Of a DNA stretch of 64,000 nt, positions 10,101-18,472 are shown piece by piece. Under the pieces are notes generated by a model, which saw nothing but the letters and a program-made list of their open reading frames with translations, was not told where the DNA came from and did not search any database. The stretch's first letter is position 1; every line of letters starts with the position of its first letter. This stretch comes from an uncultured Bacteroidota bacterium (GTDB lineage: Bacteria > Bacteroidota > Ignavibacteria > UBA10030 > UBA6906). The stretch is taken from positions 1,504,001 through 1,568,000 of the forward strand of contig CAVOYH010000003.1 of NCBI GenBank assembly GCA_963700635.1. The letters run 5' to 3'. Made by a program: the position numbers and the translations under genes.

Positions 10101-10791
10101 CTTCCTGAGCCTGATCCGCCCTCCCCATATCCTGATGGATATTCGAGAGGATGAGCAGTGCCTGAGCGCGGGCTTCTGCAGACGGATCGCCGTCGATGAC
10201 GCGCTTGAGCTCCTGCCGTGCGAGATCGAGGCTTCCTTCTTCGAAATAAATCTGTGCGAGCTGCGTGCGGGCCTCGACCACGGCACCGCTGGAAGAGTAC
10301 TCCTGGAGAATGATCCGCAGGAGCCTGCGGGCATTGTCGCGTTCACCCGCCCGCCGGAAGTATGCCGCCGCGCGCAGGAGGGCATCGGCCGCGATCTTGC
10401 TCCGGGGATGAAATACCTTGACCCGTTCGAATGCCAGGGCGGCCTCTTTGTTGTTGCCCATCGCGGCATAAGCTTCCCCGACATTCCACCACGCCTCCGG
10501 TGCCCGGGGATTGTCCTGGTAGGTGAGCGCAAACGTCTGAAATGTCAACCGCGCTTCATCATACTGCTTCAGCTGGAGCTGGGTCAATCCCAGCGTGAAT
10601 CTCGCCTCGATCCCCTGGGGCGCAGCGGGGTAGGCTGCAATGAACTGCTTCAGCTGTTCCTGGGCTAGGTCGTAAAGACGGTCATTGTAGAGATTGATGG
10701 CAAGCTTGAAATCGGCGTTTTCTTTGGTATTCTGTGCTACGCCTGCAGCTGCCCAGAATACCGTCAGGAGGGCCAGCCCCAGGCGGAGCAT
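7180..10791 (-). CDS. Large secreted tetratricopeptide-repeat protein (~1200 aa, CpoB/BamD-like repeats)
   Basis: Signal peptide MLRLGLALLTVFWAAAGVA-Q, then many TPR pairs ending YP/FP. The ORF-track start at 11601 overlaps sdhB and is not used. Confidence 0.85.
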   Translation of the reverse strand: MLRLGLALLTVFWAAAGVAQNTKENADFKLAINLYNDRLYDLAQEQLKQFIAAYPAAPQGIEARFTLGLTQLQLKQYDEARLTFQTFALTYQDNPRAPEAWWNVGEAYAAMGNNKEAALAFERVKVFHPRSKIAADALLRAAAYFRRAGERDNARRLLRIILQEYSSSGAVVEARTQLAQIYFEEGSLDLARQELKRVIDGDPSAEARAQALLILSNIHQDMGRADQAQEGYQEIITRYKTSGALQGALVNQARLFEATGKHAEAIENLKKALAVPQGADSALSKEALVLMGDASLAANSPANAVASYRRYVESFPTDPRVPDVLLRLAAAASRTGELRRSDEASQRILKMSAPDDVRQQALLQLADNARKQGAPALAAQFYARYADSFPDDPATPAVLFENARVTEKEMRDYRKAGSLFDLLIVRFPNSRFADDAAFGAARCRDQLHEVDRALEMYRDFSRSYPASELRAAAEERATVIETFEAKNKDAGLEKLALLVGDVVADKDRPALARRLGEISFHDLKNYESAADQFSRAIAAGGNDRDMAEMFFLRARALEYVNWTKPDTRGAASEAYQAFLDRFPADSRSSEASYALFRLQAGTLAAARTAYANALARHPASEYRDRMLLQMGRLYRDADSTDDALSAFSQAERVNPGSETAEEATYSRCMLLQARGLADSAAAVGTSYLKLYPSHRHTASVLSVLGELAQSRGDAARAVGLFQELTTRFPCTENALKARRRLADALLASGEATQAVALYTELLHDPSASPSRAQQPPTSLLLALGKASAVSGDTRTAKSSLTALLVREPRGVQAAEALTTLGMIYKSEGTPDIATTYFRQAGAASPTTAANREVADILFDSGEYADAVRQYFFLATSANDQAAGRFYRMRAIVAALRNNELTRADKDIPAFLAAYKDTDPEAAQFELERGSVFFRQEDYPRALKSFQTVASKYDDTPSAPAAQYWIGKVYEVTNRPQEAIGQFGRLLKEFPSDPFAQKAHFALGNIYYRAEKWDEATKSYRQVTDNPQPDPALLPYAMSNLIETYETAGIFDAALTLTRKYLEQYPNGDDAFDKRIKIGILYQRLGYYDQSVLHLQALLDEAGSDLEGEIRYYIAEANYGKGDYQQAILDFLKVPYLVTKKGKIDWTATSLYMSGQAYEKMGRPDQALTMYRQILERSGIDPTFKAAARKEIDRVNAILNKTPK

Positions 10792-10877
10792 TATCTTGCC
10801 GTTTTCCATACCAGAGGCCATTGTCGTTTGTTGCATGCTTCGGGGGATCTCCGGGATCCGTGGTGGGATATCCCTCA

Positions 10878-10906
10878 AACGTACGAGAATATTCGCTGGC
10901 TTGCAA
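10878..10906 (-). promoter_or_regulatory. sigma70-type promoter for the TPR-hypothetical-obgE operon
   Basis: TTGCAA-N17-TACGTT on the minus strand. Confidence 0.5.
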
Positions 10907-10963
10907 GAACGTGGGGGGGAGGGAAGCGGGTGGCAGGGTCGTGACGAAGAAAGCGGATCGATG

Positions 10964-11013
10964 AAAGGAGAAGCACCGGGGGAGTGGTGCACTGCCAGTC
11001 CCCCGTGCTTCCT
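10964..11013 (-). terminator. Hairpin/terminator after sdhB
   Basis: Inverted repeat GAAGCAC-GGGGGA...TCCCCC-GTGCTTC followed by TCCTTT on the minus strand. Confidence 0.55.
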
Positions 11014-11030
11014 GTACGCGTACTCTGCTG

Positions 11031-11771
11031 CTACACCACTTTCGCCCGTATGTACTCTCTGTTCAGCCGTGCGATGTGTTCGACGGAGATCTGTTTCGGG
11101 CATTCGGCTTCGCAGGCGTACGTGTTCGAGCAGGCGCCGAATCCCTCCGCATCCATCTGGGCGATCATCCGTTCGACCCGTTCCGTTCGTTCCGCGTGAC
11201 CCTGCGGGAGCAGAGCCAGTTGGGATATTTTGGCGGCCACAAACAGCATCGCGGATCCATTCGGGCAGGTCGCGACGCAGGCACCGCAGCCGATACAGGC
11301 GGCTGCATCCATGGCTTCGTCCGCCAGCTCCTTGGGAATGGGTATTGCATTGGCCTCGGGGGCCTGGCCGGTCTTTACCGAAACATATCCTCCGGCCTGC
11401 ATGATCCTGTCGAACGCGGTCCGGTCCACGACCAGGTCTTTGATGATCGGGAACGGCCGTGCCCTCCACGGTTCCACGAGGATGGGTTCGTCTTCGGGAA
11501 AGCTCCGCATGCGAAGTTCGCAGGTCGCGGTCCCGCGGTTCGGTCCGTGCGCGCGGCCGTCGATCATAAGGCCGCAGCTGCCACAGATGCCTTCGCGGCA
11601 ATCGTGGTCGAACTCGACGGGTTCTTCCCCCTGGCGGACCAGGTCCTGATTCAGAACGTCGAGCATTTCCAGAAAGGAGGCGTCGGGAGAGATGTCGCGC
11701 ACCGTGTACGTGACCAGCTTCCCCTTTGCGTTCGGGTTCTTCTGTCGCCAGATCTTCAGCGTGAAGTTCAT
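11031..11771 (-). CDS. sdhB: Succinate dehydrogenase/fumarate reductase Fe-S subunit
   Basis: [35 protein letters not shown]. Confidence 0.95.
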   Translation of the reverse strand: MNFTLKIWRQKNPNAKGKLVTYTVRDISPDASFLEMLDVLNQDLVRQGEEPVEFDHDCREGICGSCGLMIDGRAHGPNRGTATCELRMRSFPEDEPILVEPWRARPFPIIKDLVVDRTAFDRIMQAGGYVSVKTGQAPEANAIPIPKELADEAMDAAACIGCGACVATCPNGSAMLFVAAKISQLALLPQGHAERTERVERMIAQMDAEGFGACSNTYACEAECPKQISVEHIARLNREYIRAKVV

Positions 11772-13684
11772 TACTTGTAGCTCCTCTGGGAAGGTTTCAC
11801 GTATTCGAACTTGAGTTGTTCCTTGTGCAGTTTCGGTGCCTTGGTCTCGCCCGCATATTCCCAGGCGGCGACATAGGCGAACTTCGTATCGTTGCGTTTC
11901 GCTTCACCCTCGGCGGTCTGGTATTCTTCGCGGAAATGCCCCCCGCAGGATTCTTCGCGGTGGAGCGCGTCGCGGGCCAGCAGTTCGCCGAGTTCGAGGA
12001 AGTCGGCGATGCGCGAGGCCCGTTCGAGCTCACAGTTCAGATCGTCCGCGGTGCCGACGACGTTCACATCGCTCCAGAATTCCTTGCGGAGGGCCGCGAT
12101 GCCTGCCATCGCCTCTTTGAGGCCCTTCGTGGTGCGGCCCATGCCGACCTTGTTCCACATGATGACCCCCAGCGCCCGGTGGAAATCGTCAGGAGTCCGT
12201 TTCCCCCGGATCTCCAGGAGCCGCGTGATGGTTTCCTGGACCTCCGTCCGCACGCGCTGGAAGGGTGCATCGTCTTCACTGACAGCTTTGAATGTGCCCG
12301 AAGCGAGATAGTCGCCGATGGTGTACGGAAGGATGAAATATCCGTCGGCCAGGCCCTGCATCAGTGCGCTGGCTCCGAGCCTGTTGGCCCCGTGGTCGGA
12401 GAAGTTCGCCTCGCCGGCGACGTACAGTCCCGGAATGGTGCTCATCAGATTGTAATCGACCCACAACCCTCCCATGGTATAATGGACGGCGGGGTAGATA
12501 CGCATGGGGTTTTTATACGGGTCTTCCGCAGTGATTTCGTGGTACATGTCAAAGAGGTTACCGTATTTCTCCTCGATCCAGTGTTTGCCGTTCCGATTGA
12601 TGGCATCGGCGAAATCCAGGTACACGGCAAGGCCCGTCGACCCGACGCCGAATCCACTATCGCACATTTCCTTTGCCCGTCGCGATGCGACGTCGCGCGG
12701 TACCAGGTTGCCGAACGACGGATACATCCGTTCGAGGTAGTAGTCGCGCTCCGCCTCCGGAATATCGGCGGGGTTCCGTGTGTCTCCTTTGGTTTTCGGC
12801 ACCCAGATACGGCCGTCGTTCCGGAGGCTCTCGCTCATCAGTGTGAGCTTCGATTGATACGAGCCGCTCTGCGGAATACAGGTGGGGTGGATCTGGGTAA
12901 AGCAGGGGTTGGCGAACAGGGCGCCGCGCTTGTACGCCCGCCAGACGGCGGTTGCATTGCTGGCTTTCGCCATGGTGGAAAGATAGAACGTATTGCCATA
13001 GCCGCCCGTGGCAAGGACCACCGCATGGCCTGTATAGGTTTCGAGGGCTCCGGTGACCAGGTTTCTGGCGATGACGCCACGCGCCTGGCCGTCGACCAGC
13101 ACCAGGTCGAGCATTTCGCGGCGCGGGAAGTACTTGACTTTGCCCGTATCGATCTGTCTGCAGAGCGCAGCGTAGGCGCCGAGGAGGAGTTGTTGTCCCG
13201 TTTGTCCGCGGGCATAGAAGGTGCGCGACACCTGGGCTCCGCCGAAGGAACGGTTGTCCAGCAACCCGCCGTAATCACGGCCGAAGGGGACGCCCTGGGC
13301 GACGCACTGGTCGATGATCGTGCCGCTCACCTGGGCGAGCCGATAGACGTTGGCTTCGCGCGCGCGGTAGTCGCCCCCTTTCACGGTGTCGTAAAACAAC
13401 CGGTACACACTGTCGCCGTCGTTCGCGTAATTCTTTGGCGCATTGATGCCCCCCTGTGCGGCAATGCTGTGCGCGCGGCGCGCGGATTCATGGTAGCAGA
13501 GCGAGATGACGTTGTACCCGAGTTCGGCAAGGGAGGCTGCGGCGGATGAACCCGCCAGTCCCGTCCCGACAACCACGATCGTGTACTTCCGTTTGTTTGC
13601 TGCGTTCACCAGCTTCAGATTGAATCTGTGTGTGTCCCATTGTTTTTCGATGGGACCGGAGGGAATTTTGGCATCGACGGTCAT
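11771..13684 (-). CDS. sdhA: Succinate dehydrogenase/fumarate reductase flavoprotein
   Basis: [20 protein letters not shown] (covalent FAD His), [30 protein letters not shown]. Confidence 0.96.
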   Translation of the reverse strand: MTVDAKIPSGPIEKQWDTHRFNLKLVNAANKRKYTIVVVGTGLAGSSAAASLAELGYNVISLCYHESARRAHSIAAQGGINAPKNYANDGDSVYRLFYDTVKGGDYRAREANVYRLAQVSGTIIDQCVAQGVPFGRDYGGLLDNRSFGGAQVSRTFYARGQTGQQLLLGAYAALCRQIDTGKVKYFPRREMLDLVLVDGQARGVIARNLVTGALETYTGHAVVLATGGYGNTFYLSTMAKASNATAVWRAYKRGALFANPCFTQIHPTCIPQSGSYQSKLTLMSESLRNDGRIWVPKTKGDTRNPADIPEAERDYYLERMYPSFGNLVPRDVASRRAKEMCDSGFGVGSTGLAVYLDFADAINRNGKHWIEEKYGNLFDMYHEITAEDPYKNPMRIYPAVHYTMGGLWVDYNLMSTIPGLYVAGEANFSDHGANRLGASALMQGLADGYFILPYTIGDYLASGTFKAVSEDDAPFQRVRTEVQETITRLLEIRGKRTPDDFHRALGVIMWNKVGMGRTTKGLKEAMAGIAALRKEFWSDVNVVGTADDLNCELERASRIADFLELGELLARDALHREESCGGHFREEYQTAEGEAKRNDTKFAYVAAWEYAGETKAPKLHKEQLKFEYVKPSQRSYK

Positions 13685-13696
13685 GATGGTGATCCC

Positions 13697-14350
13697 TTAA
13701 TGAGCCCAGAGGAAATACAGCGGTATGGCGGCGAACGCAATCGGGATAATCAGCCAGAACGCAAGGCCGACCAGCTCGATCAACCAGGTGTAGCGCGTCC
13801 GGCGGAGGCCGAATGTCTGAAACGCCGACTGAAACCCGTGGCGTAAATGATAACCCAGAAAGACAAGTGCGATGACGTACAACCCGACAGTCCACGGGTT
13901 CACGAACGCCTCTTTCACGATCTCGTACATCGTCGTTCCGTCGGGAAAGAAGCGCGAGCGGACGAAAAACGCATTGATGTGGACCACAAGGAACGCCGTG
14001 ACGGCGAGTCCAGTGACCCACATGATCCGCGAAGAAAGCTCGCTGCTCTCGGAGGACTTGATCTTCTGGTACCGGACTGGCCGGGCCCGCCGGTTCGCGA
14101 GCCATAGCCAGATCCCGACAAATGCATGGAGAAGGAACCCGGCAAAAAGAAGGATCTCAATTGGCCGGATCAACGGGTAGGTGGCCATGAACTCCGAATA
14201 GACGTCGAACGTCCCACCGTGATCATCCTTGAAAAGAAACAAGTTGATGACGAGGTGGACGATGAGGAACGAACAGAGGAAGAGCCCCGACATGGCCATG
14301 ATGAGTTTCCGGCCGACGGACGAGGTGAGGAAAGATGTTTTTGTGCTCAT
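13697..14350 (-). CDS. sdhC: Succinate dehydrogenase cytochrome b subunit
   Basis: SSVGRKLIMAMSG; five TM helices with heme-ligating His; HLRHGFQSAFQTFG. Confidence 0.92.
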   Translation of the reverse strand: MSTKTSFLTSSVGRKLIMAMSGLFLCSFLIVHLVINLFLFKDDHGGTFDVYSEFMATYPLIRPIEILLFAGFLLHAFVGIWLWLANRRARPVRYQKIKSSESSELSSRIMWVTGLAVTAFLVVHINAFFVRSRFFPDGTTMYEIVKEAFVNPWTVGLYVIALVFLGYHLRHGFQSAFQTFGLRRTRYTWLIELVGLAFWLIIPIAFAAIPLYFLWAH

Positions 14351-14449
14351 AGATGCCGCTCTCTGCAGTAGTGAATGCCAGGAACGTCGGTGAGAATGAA
14401 GAACAAGGAATGGCTTGCTGGTGTGGCGGGCGCGGAGCCCTGCGTCATC

Positions 14450-14478
14450 AATCTACAAAACAGGAACGATTTGTGCAA
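14450..14478 (-). promoter_or_regulatory. sigma70-type promoter for sdhCAB
   Basis: TTGCAC-N17-TAGATT on the minus strand. Confidence 0.55.
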
Positions 14479-14496
14479 CGTCCTCCGCGAACATGT

Positions 14497-15375
14497 TCAA
14501 CGTCGGGGTCCCGTCCGGATGAACCGGGCCACGGAAATGCTGCTGCCGATCATGCCCAGCAGCGCCCCCGCCGCAACCACGCCGGCGTAAAACACGGGCT
14601 CCATGCTGACGTAGGGCTTCAATTCGGGGGCGATGAACCGCAGTGCATACACCAGCATGCCGAACAGGATGCCGGCCGCGAGGATCCCCCCCAATACTCC
14701 CTGAAGTATCCCTTCGAGGAGAAACGGCAGACGGATGAAGACCCGTGTGGCGCCGACGAGTTCCATCGTCCGGATGCTCTGCCGCTTTGCCGAGATGGCC
14801 AGCCGGATGGTGTTGGAAACGAGAAAAACCGCTGAAAGGCCGACCAGAATCCCGAGCGTGAGGGTGATGTTATGCACCATGTCCGACCGCTGCTCAATCA
14901 CCTCCAGCAGGGCTTTCCGGTACATGACGCTCTCGATACGGGGGAGTGCCGCCAGGCGCTCTTCCAGGGCGCGCGCACGAACCGTAGTCCTGTACTCCTC
15001 TTTCAAGGCAATCTTCAGGGACGGTGGAAGCGGATTGAAGTCCAGCACGCTCAGGATGTCTTCTCCGAACTCTCTACGGAAAAGGGCGGCGGCCTCCTCT
15101 TTGGATACGAAGGTGACGTGTGCCACGCCTTCCAGAGCCGACACGGCTTCGGACAGACTCTCGATCTCCGGAGCAGAGATAGGCTCCTGCAGGAACGCCT
15201 CAAGTTCAACCCGGCTGCGGAGCTCATTGAGAAAGCGCGTCGCGTGGACCGAAATCACCGTGAACAGCCCGAGGAGAACCAGGGCTATACTGATGGTGAC
15301 GATGGAGAGGATGCTGGAGAGCTTCGTGCGCGTGAAGCCCGAAAGACTCTCCCGAACGGTATAGGACAGACTCAC
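14497..15375 (-). CDS. ftsX: Cell division permease FtsX
   Basis: FVSKEEAA, NPLPPSL, VSNTIRLAI, MELVGATRVFIRLPFLLEG. Confidence 0.92.
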   Translation of the reverse strand: MSLSYTVRESLSGFTRTKLSSILSIVTISIALVLLGLFTVISVHATRFLNELRSRVELEAFLQEPISAPEIESLSEAVSALEGVAHVTFVSKEEAAALFRREFGEDILSVLDFNPLPPSLKIALKEEYRTTVRARALEERLAALPRIESVMYRKALLEVIEQRSDMVHNITLTLGILVGLSAVFLVSNTIRLAISAKRQSIRTMELVGATRVFIRLPFLLEGILQGVLGGILAAGILFGMLVYALRFIAPELKPYVSMEPVFYAGVVAAGALLGMIGSSISVARFIRTGPRR

Positions 15376-15387
15376 AGGTGACCGGCC

Positions 15388-15891
15388 TCAGAAATTGGAT
15401 TCATCCCGCCAGCGCGTGATGCGCCACGGGTCAGTGATCCGCGCACGGCGGAGCGTCAGATTTGCGTACCCATCCACTCTCTCAATGTCGCTCGGGTTGA
15501 ACACGAGCGTGAGGTTGAAACCGCGGACAACATTGACACTCGTGGATTCGGCAGACGAGGATATGACATTGTTCCAGATGAGATCCAGTTTCTGGGCGTT
15601 CTGAAACAAGCCGAAGGTTGTGCGCATCTCGTCGTCCCGTCCCCAGGTGACATCGATCCCAAGATCGTAATTCCGATACACGAATACGAAATCGTAGTCC
15701 AGCAGCTGTCCGTACACGGTAGTGTCGCGAAACGTATAGGCGGTCTGAAAGCACTGGAAAACGCCCTCGATGGTGCTCGGATCACAGGTCGATTGAGCCG
15801 GCGTCGAGTCCCAGCCCGGTGCAAACGGATTGATGCAGGAGAGCGACAGGCAGGCGCAGAGGCCCGGCAGGATGACGGAGGCCCTCCTCAA
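15388..15891 (-). CDS. Hypothetical lipoprotein (possible NTF2-like fold)
   Basis: Lipobox-like LSLSC; ends WRITRWRDESNF; GTGA-type overlap with the upstream gene. Confidence 0.7.
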   Translation of the reverse strand: MRRASVILPGLCACLSLSCINPFAPGWDSTPAQSTCDPSTIEGVFQCFQTAYTFRDTTVYGQLLDYDFVFVYRNYDLGIDVTWGRDDEMRTTFGLFQNAQKLDLIWNNVISSSAESTSVNVVRGFNLTLVFNPSDIERVDGYANLTLRRARITDPWRITRWRDESNF

Positions 15892-16505
15892 TTGCTGAAT
15901 TTTCCCTTAAAATGACTCCATGAGATATCGGGGGTTGTGGCGAAATCAGCCCACCGCTGGACCGTCCAGAAGTTACTTGCATCGACGCTGAGAGTGAATT
16001 GCAGACGCCCCCGTGCGGTTTTCGGGAACCCCGCTTCGTTGTGTTCGAACACGAGGACATAATCGTAGGAGGAGACGATCGAATCGGCCGCGACGGTGGT
16101 TGATTGCAGGGTCAACGAGAGCGTTGCATAGGCCTTGGTGCTGCTGCGTGCGATGAGGTTCTGGAAATACGACTGCTCTTCGGCTACCGACCAGTTCGAG
16201 AATACCGGGCCGTACAGTGCCGCTGCGTCCGCCGAGGGCACAAACACGAACGGATGAGCCCCCCGGGCCTGGTCGGCGAAGCAGCTGACGTAGTTTGCGA
16301 CGTTTTTCTGCTCGATGGCGCTTTGAAAATTGGCCAAGAGAATGGAAGGGTCGGTCGGGGGACGGTAATTCAGACTCGACTGCGTTGGGTCTTCGGGATC
16401 CCGCGGTTCGAAGAGGCCGCATCCCGCAGCGCCTGTTCCCAGGAGGAGCAGGAAGACGCCGAGAATGCAGGACGCGCGGTCGGACAGACAGCGGTGCCGG
16501 TTCAT
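15888..16505 (-). CDS. Hypothetical lipoprotein (possible NTF2-like fold), probable paralogue of its neighbour
   Basis: Lipobox-like [10 protein letters not shown]; FVFVPS; WTVQRWAD; ATGA overlap with recR. Confidence 0.7.
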   Translation of the reverse strand: MNRHRCLSDRASCILGVFLLLLGTGAAGCGLFEPRDPEDPTQSSLNYRPPTDPSILLANFQSAIEQKNVANYVSCFADQARGAHPFVFVPSADAAALYGPVFSNWSVAEEQSYFQNLIARSSTKAYATLSLTLQSTTVAADSIVSSYDYVLVFEHNEAGFPKTARGRLQFTLSVDASNFWTVQRWADFATTPDISWSHFKGKFSN

Positions 16506-17098
16506 AACGAAATCCTTCCCTCGAGCGCGCGGGAGAGCGTTGCTTCATCCGTGAATTCGAGGTTCCCGCCGACCGGCAGGCCGCGGGCAAGGCGCGACAT
16601 CTTCATGCCCAGCGGCTTCAATAACCGGGTCAGATACATCGTTGTCGCTTCACCTTCAACATTCGGGTTGAGGGCAAGGATCACTTCGGCCACGCCCCCC
16701 GGCAGTCGTGCAAGAAGCTCCCTCACCTTCAGGTCGTCGGGACCGATGCCGTCGAGCGGTGAGAGTGCACCGCCGAGAACATGGTACAGGCCTTTGTACT
16801 CGTTCGTTTTTTCAAGTGCCAGAACGTCACTGGGTTCTTCCACGACGCAGAGTATCGATGTGTCCCGCTTTGAACTGGCGCAGATCGCGCAGGGGTCTCC
16901 CTCCGTGATATTGGAACAGATGGAGCAGTAGGTGATCCGGTCTTTGACCTGCACCAGGGACCGGGCCATGGTCACGACCTCTTCACGGGGCCGCTTCACT
17001 ATATAGAGGGCGAGGCGCAGGGCGGTTTTGCGCCCGATCCCGGGGAGATGGGCGAATTCCTCAATAAGTTGCTGCAGTGCTTCTGATGTGTAGAGCAT
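16502..17098 (-). CDS. recR: Recombination mediator RecR
   Basis: [23 protein letters not shown] zinc finger, [21 protein letters not shown]. Confidence 0.97.
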   Translation of the reverse strand: MLYTSEALQQLIEEFAHLPGIGRKTALRLALYIVKRPREEVVTMARSLVQVKDRITYCSICSNITEGDPCAICASSKRDTSILCVVEEPSDVLALEKTNEYKGLYHVLGGALSPLDGIGPDDLKVRELLARLPGGVAEVILALNPNVEGEATTMYLTRLLKPLGMKMSRLARGLPVGGNLEFTDEATLSRALEGRISL

Positions 17099-17140
17099 CG
17101 AAGGGGGTGCTCCGGATAGGACCGGGCGCTGAACGCGCGA

Positions 17141-17479
17141 TCAGAAACCGGGCAGATTCAATCCCGGAATATTTGGGAGAAGTCCGCTCGTGACTTTCGC
17201 CATCTCTTCCTGGGAGAGTTTCTGGGATTCTTCGATGGCTTTGTTTGTTGCGGCAAGGACGAGATCTTCCAGCATCTCTTTGTCTTCAGGGTTGATGACT
17301 TCTTTCTCAATAACGAGACCGGTGATCCGCTGTTTTCCGTTGGCGGTCACTTTTACCATGCCTCCTCCCGATTCCCCGGTCACCTGTTTGTGTTCCAGTT
17401 CCTCCTGCACCTGGTTCACCTTCTCCTGCATCTTCTGGATCTGTTTCATCATCCCCGCCATGTTCGGGAGACCCGTCAT
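17141..17479 (-). CDS. YbaB/EbfC nucleoid-associated protein
   Basis: MMKQIQKMQEK, GESGGGMVKVTANG, EMLEDLVLAATN; typical position before recR. Confidence 0.92.
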   Translation of the reverse strand: MTGLPNMAGMMKQIQKMQEKVNQVQEELEHKQVTGESGGGMVKVTANGKQRITGLVIEKEVINPEDKEMLEDLVLAATNKAIEESQKLSQEEMAKVTSGLLPNIPGLNLPGF

Positions 17480-17513
17480 ACGTTCCTCACAAAAAGACTG
17501 AATGGAATGGAAA

Positions 17514-17573
17514 AATATACCGGAAAGGGTCAGGAAAAGCAAATTTGACTTTCGGGTGAAAATCCGTTACATT
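17514..17573. promoter_or_regulatory. Back-to-back divergent sigma70 promoters (ybaB-recR on minus, uppS-bamA on plus)
   Basis: Minus: TTGCTT-N17-TATATT (17542-17514). Plus: TTGACT-N17-TACATT (17545-17573). Confidence 0.65.
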
Positions 17574-17625
17574 TTTGTTCCCGCACCATTCACATTTCAG
17601 CGGGAACAGCTATTTTTGACGGAGA

Positions 17626-18471
17626 ATGAATTCTTTGGCACGAGGTCCGCGAGAAGCGTCCGGCGCTGATCTGAAAGCCCAGCAGCGTCTGCGCGCAGCC
17701 GGAGAAGTCCCCCGGCATGTTGCCGTCATTATGGATGGCAATGGGCGTTGGGCGAAACGGCGCGGCCTCCCGCGCATCGCTGGTCACCGGGAAGGTGTCG
17801 AATCAGTCCGAGACATCGTCGAAGCGTGCGGCCAGCTGGGTGTGGGTCATCTGACGTTGTATGCGTTTTCCACGGAAAACTGGAAACGCCCGCAGGAAGA
17901 GATCTCCCTTCTGATGCGGCTTCTGTTGACCGCCCTTCACGACGAGACGGACCGTCTTCACACGAACAACGTCCGGCTCCGCTCAATCGGCGAAATTGAC
18001 GCGCTTCCGAATGAGGTTCAGGCTGAACTCCGCGAGGCGGCCCTGAAAACTGCCGCGAATACGGGGCTGACCCTTACCCTCGCCCTGAGCTACAGTGGTC
18101 GGTGGGAGATCACACAGGCAGTGAGGGCCATCGCCCGTGAAATCCAGTCGGGTGAAACCCGCCCGGAGGATATTACCGAACAGTGCATCGCCAGTCATCT
18201 GGTGACGCATGATACGCCGGATCCGGACCTTCTCGTGCGGACGAGCGGCGAACTGCGGATAAGCAACTTCCTGCTGTGGCAGCTGGCCTACACGGAGCTG
18301 TATATCACACCGAAGTTCTGGCCGGCCTTTCGCAGAAACGACCTGTATGCCGCCATCGCGGATTATCAGCGGCGCGAACGACGGTTCGGTATGGTGAGCG
18401 AGCAGGTTCCTAAAACCACCGGCGAACAAAGTACATTCAGTACAATTCTCAAGAGTGTCGCAGGGCCGTGA
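17626..18471 (+). CDS. uppS: Undecaprenyl diphosphate synthase (isoprenyl transferase)
   Basis: PRHVAVIMDGNGRWA, YAFSTENWKRP, RTSGELRISNFLLWQLAY. Confidence 0.97.
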   Translation: MNSLARGPREASGADLKAQQRLRAAGEVPRHVAVIMDGNGRWAKRRGLPRIAGHREGVESVRDIVEACGQLGVGHLTLYAFSTENWKRPQEEISLLMRLLLTALHDETDRLHTNNVRLRSIGEIDALPNEVQAELREAALKTAANTGLTLTLALSYSGRWEITQAVRAIAREIQSGETRPEDITEQCIASHLVTHDTPDPDLLVRTSGELRISNFLLWQLAYTELYITPKFWPAFRRNDLYAAIADYQRRERRFGMVSEQVPKTTGEQSTFSTILKSVAGP

Positions 18472-18472
18472 T

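Noticed and set aside
10792-11601. N-terminal extension of the 1473-aa TPR ORF
   Set aside because: It overlaps sdhB in another frame and spans a terminator and a promoter; the signal peptide begins at ~10791.
11816-13549. 577-aa plus-strand ORF
   Set aside because: Antisense shadow of sdhA caused by GC-rich codon bias; no recognisable motifs.
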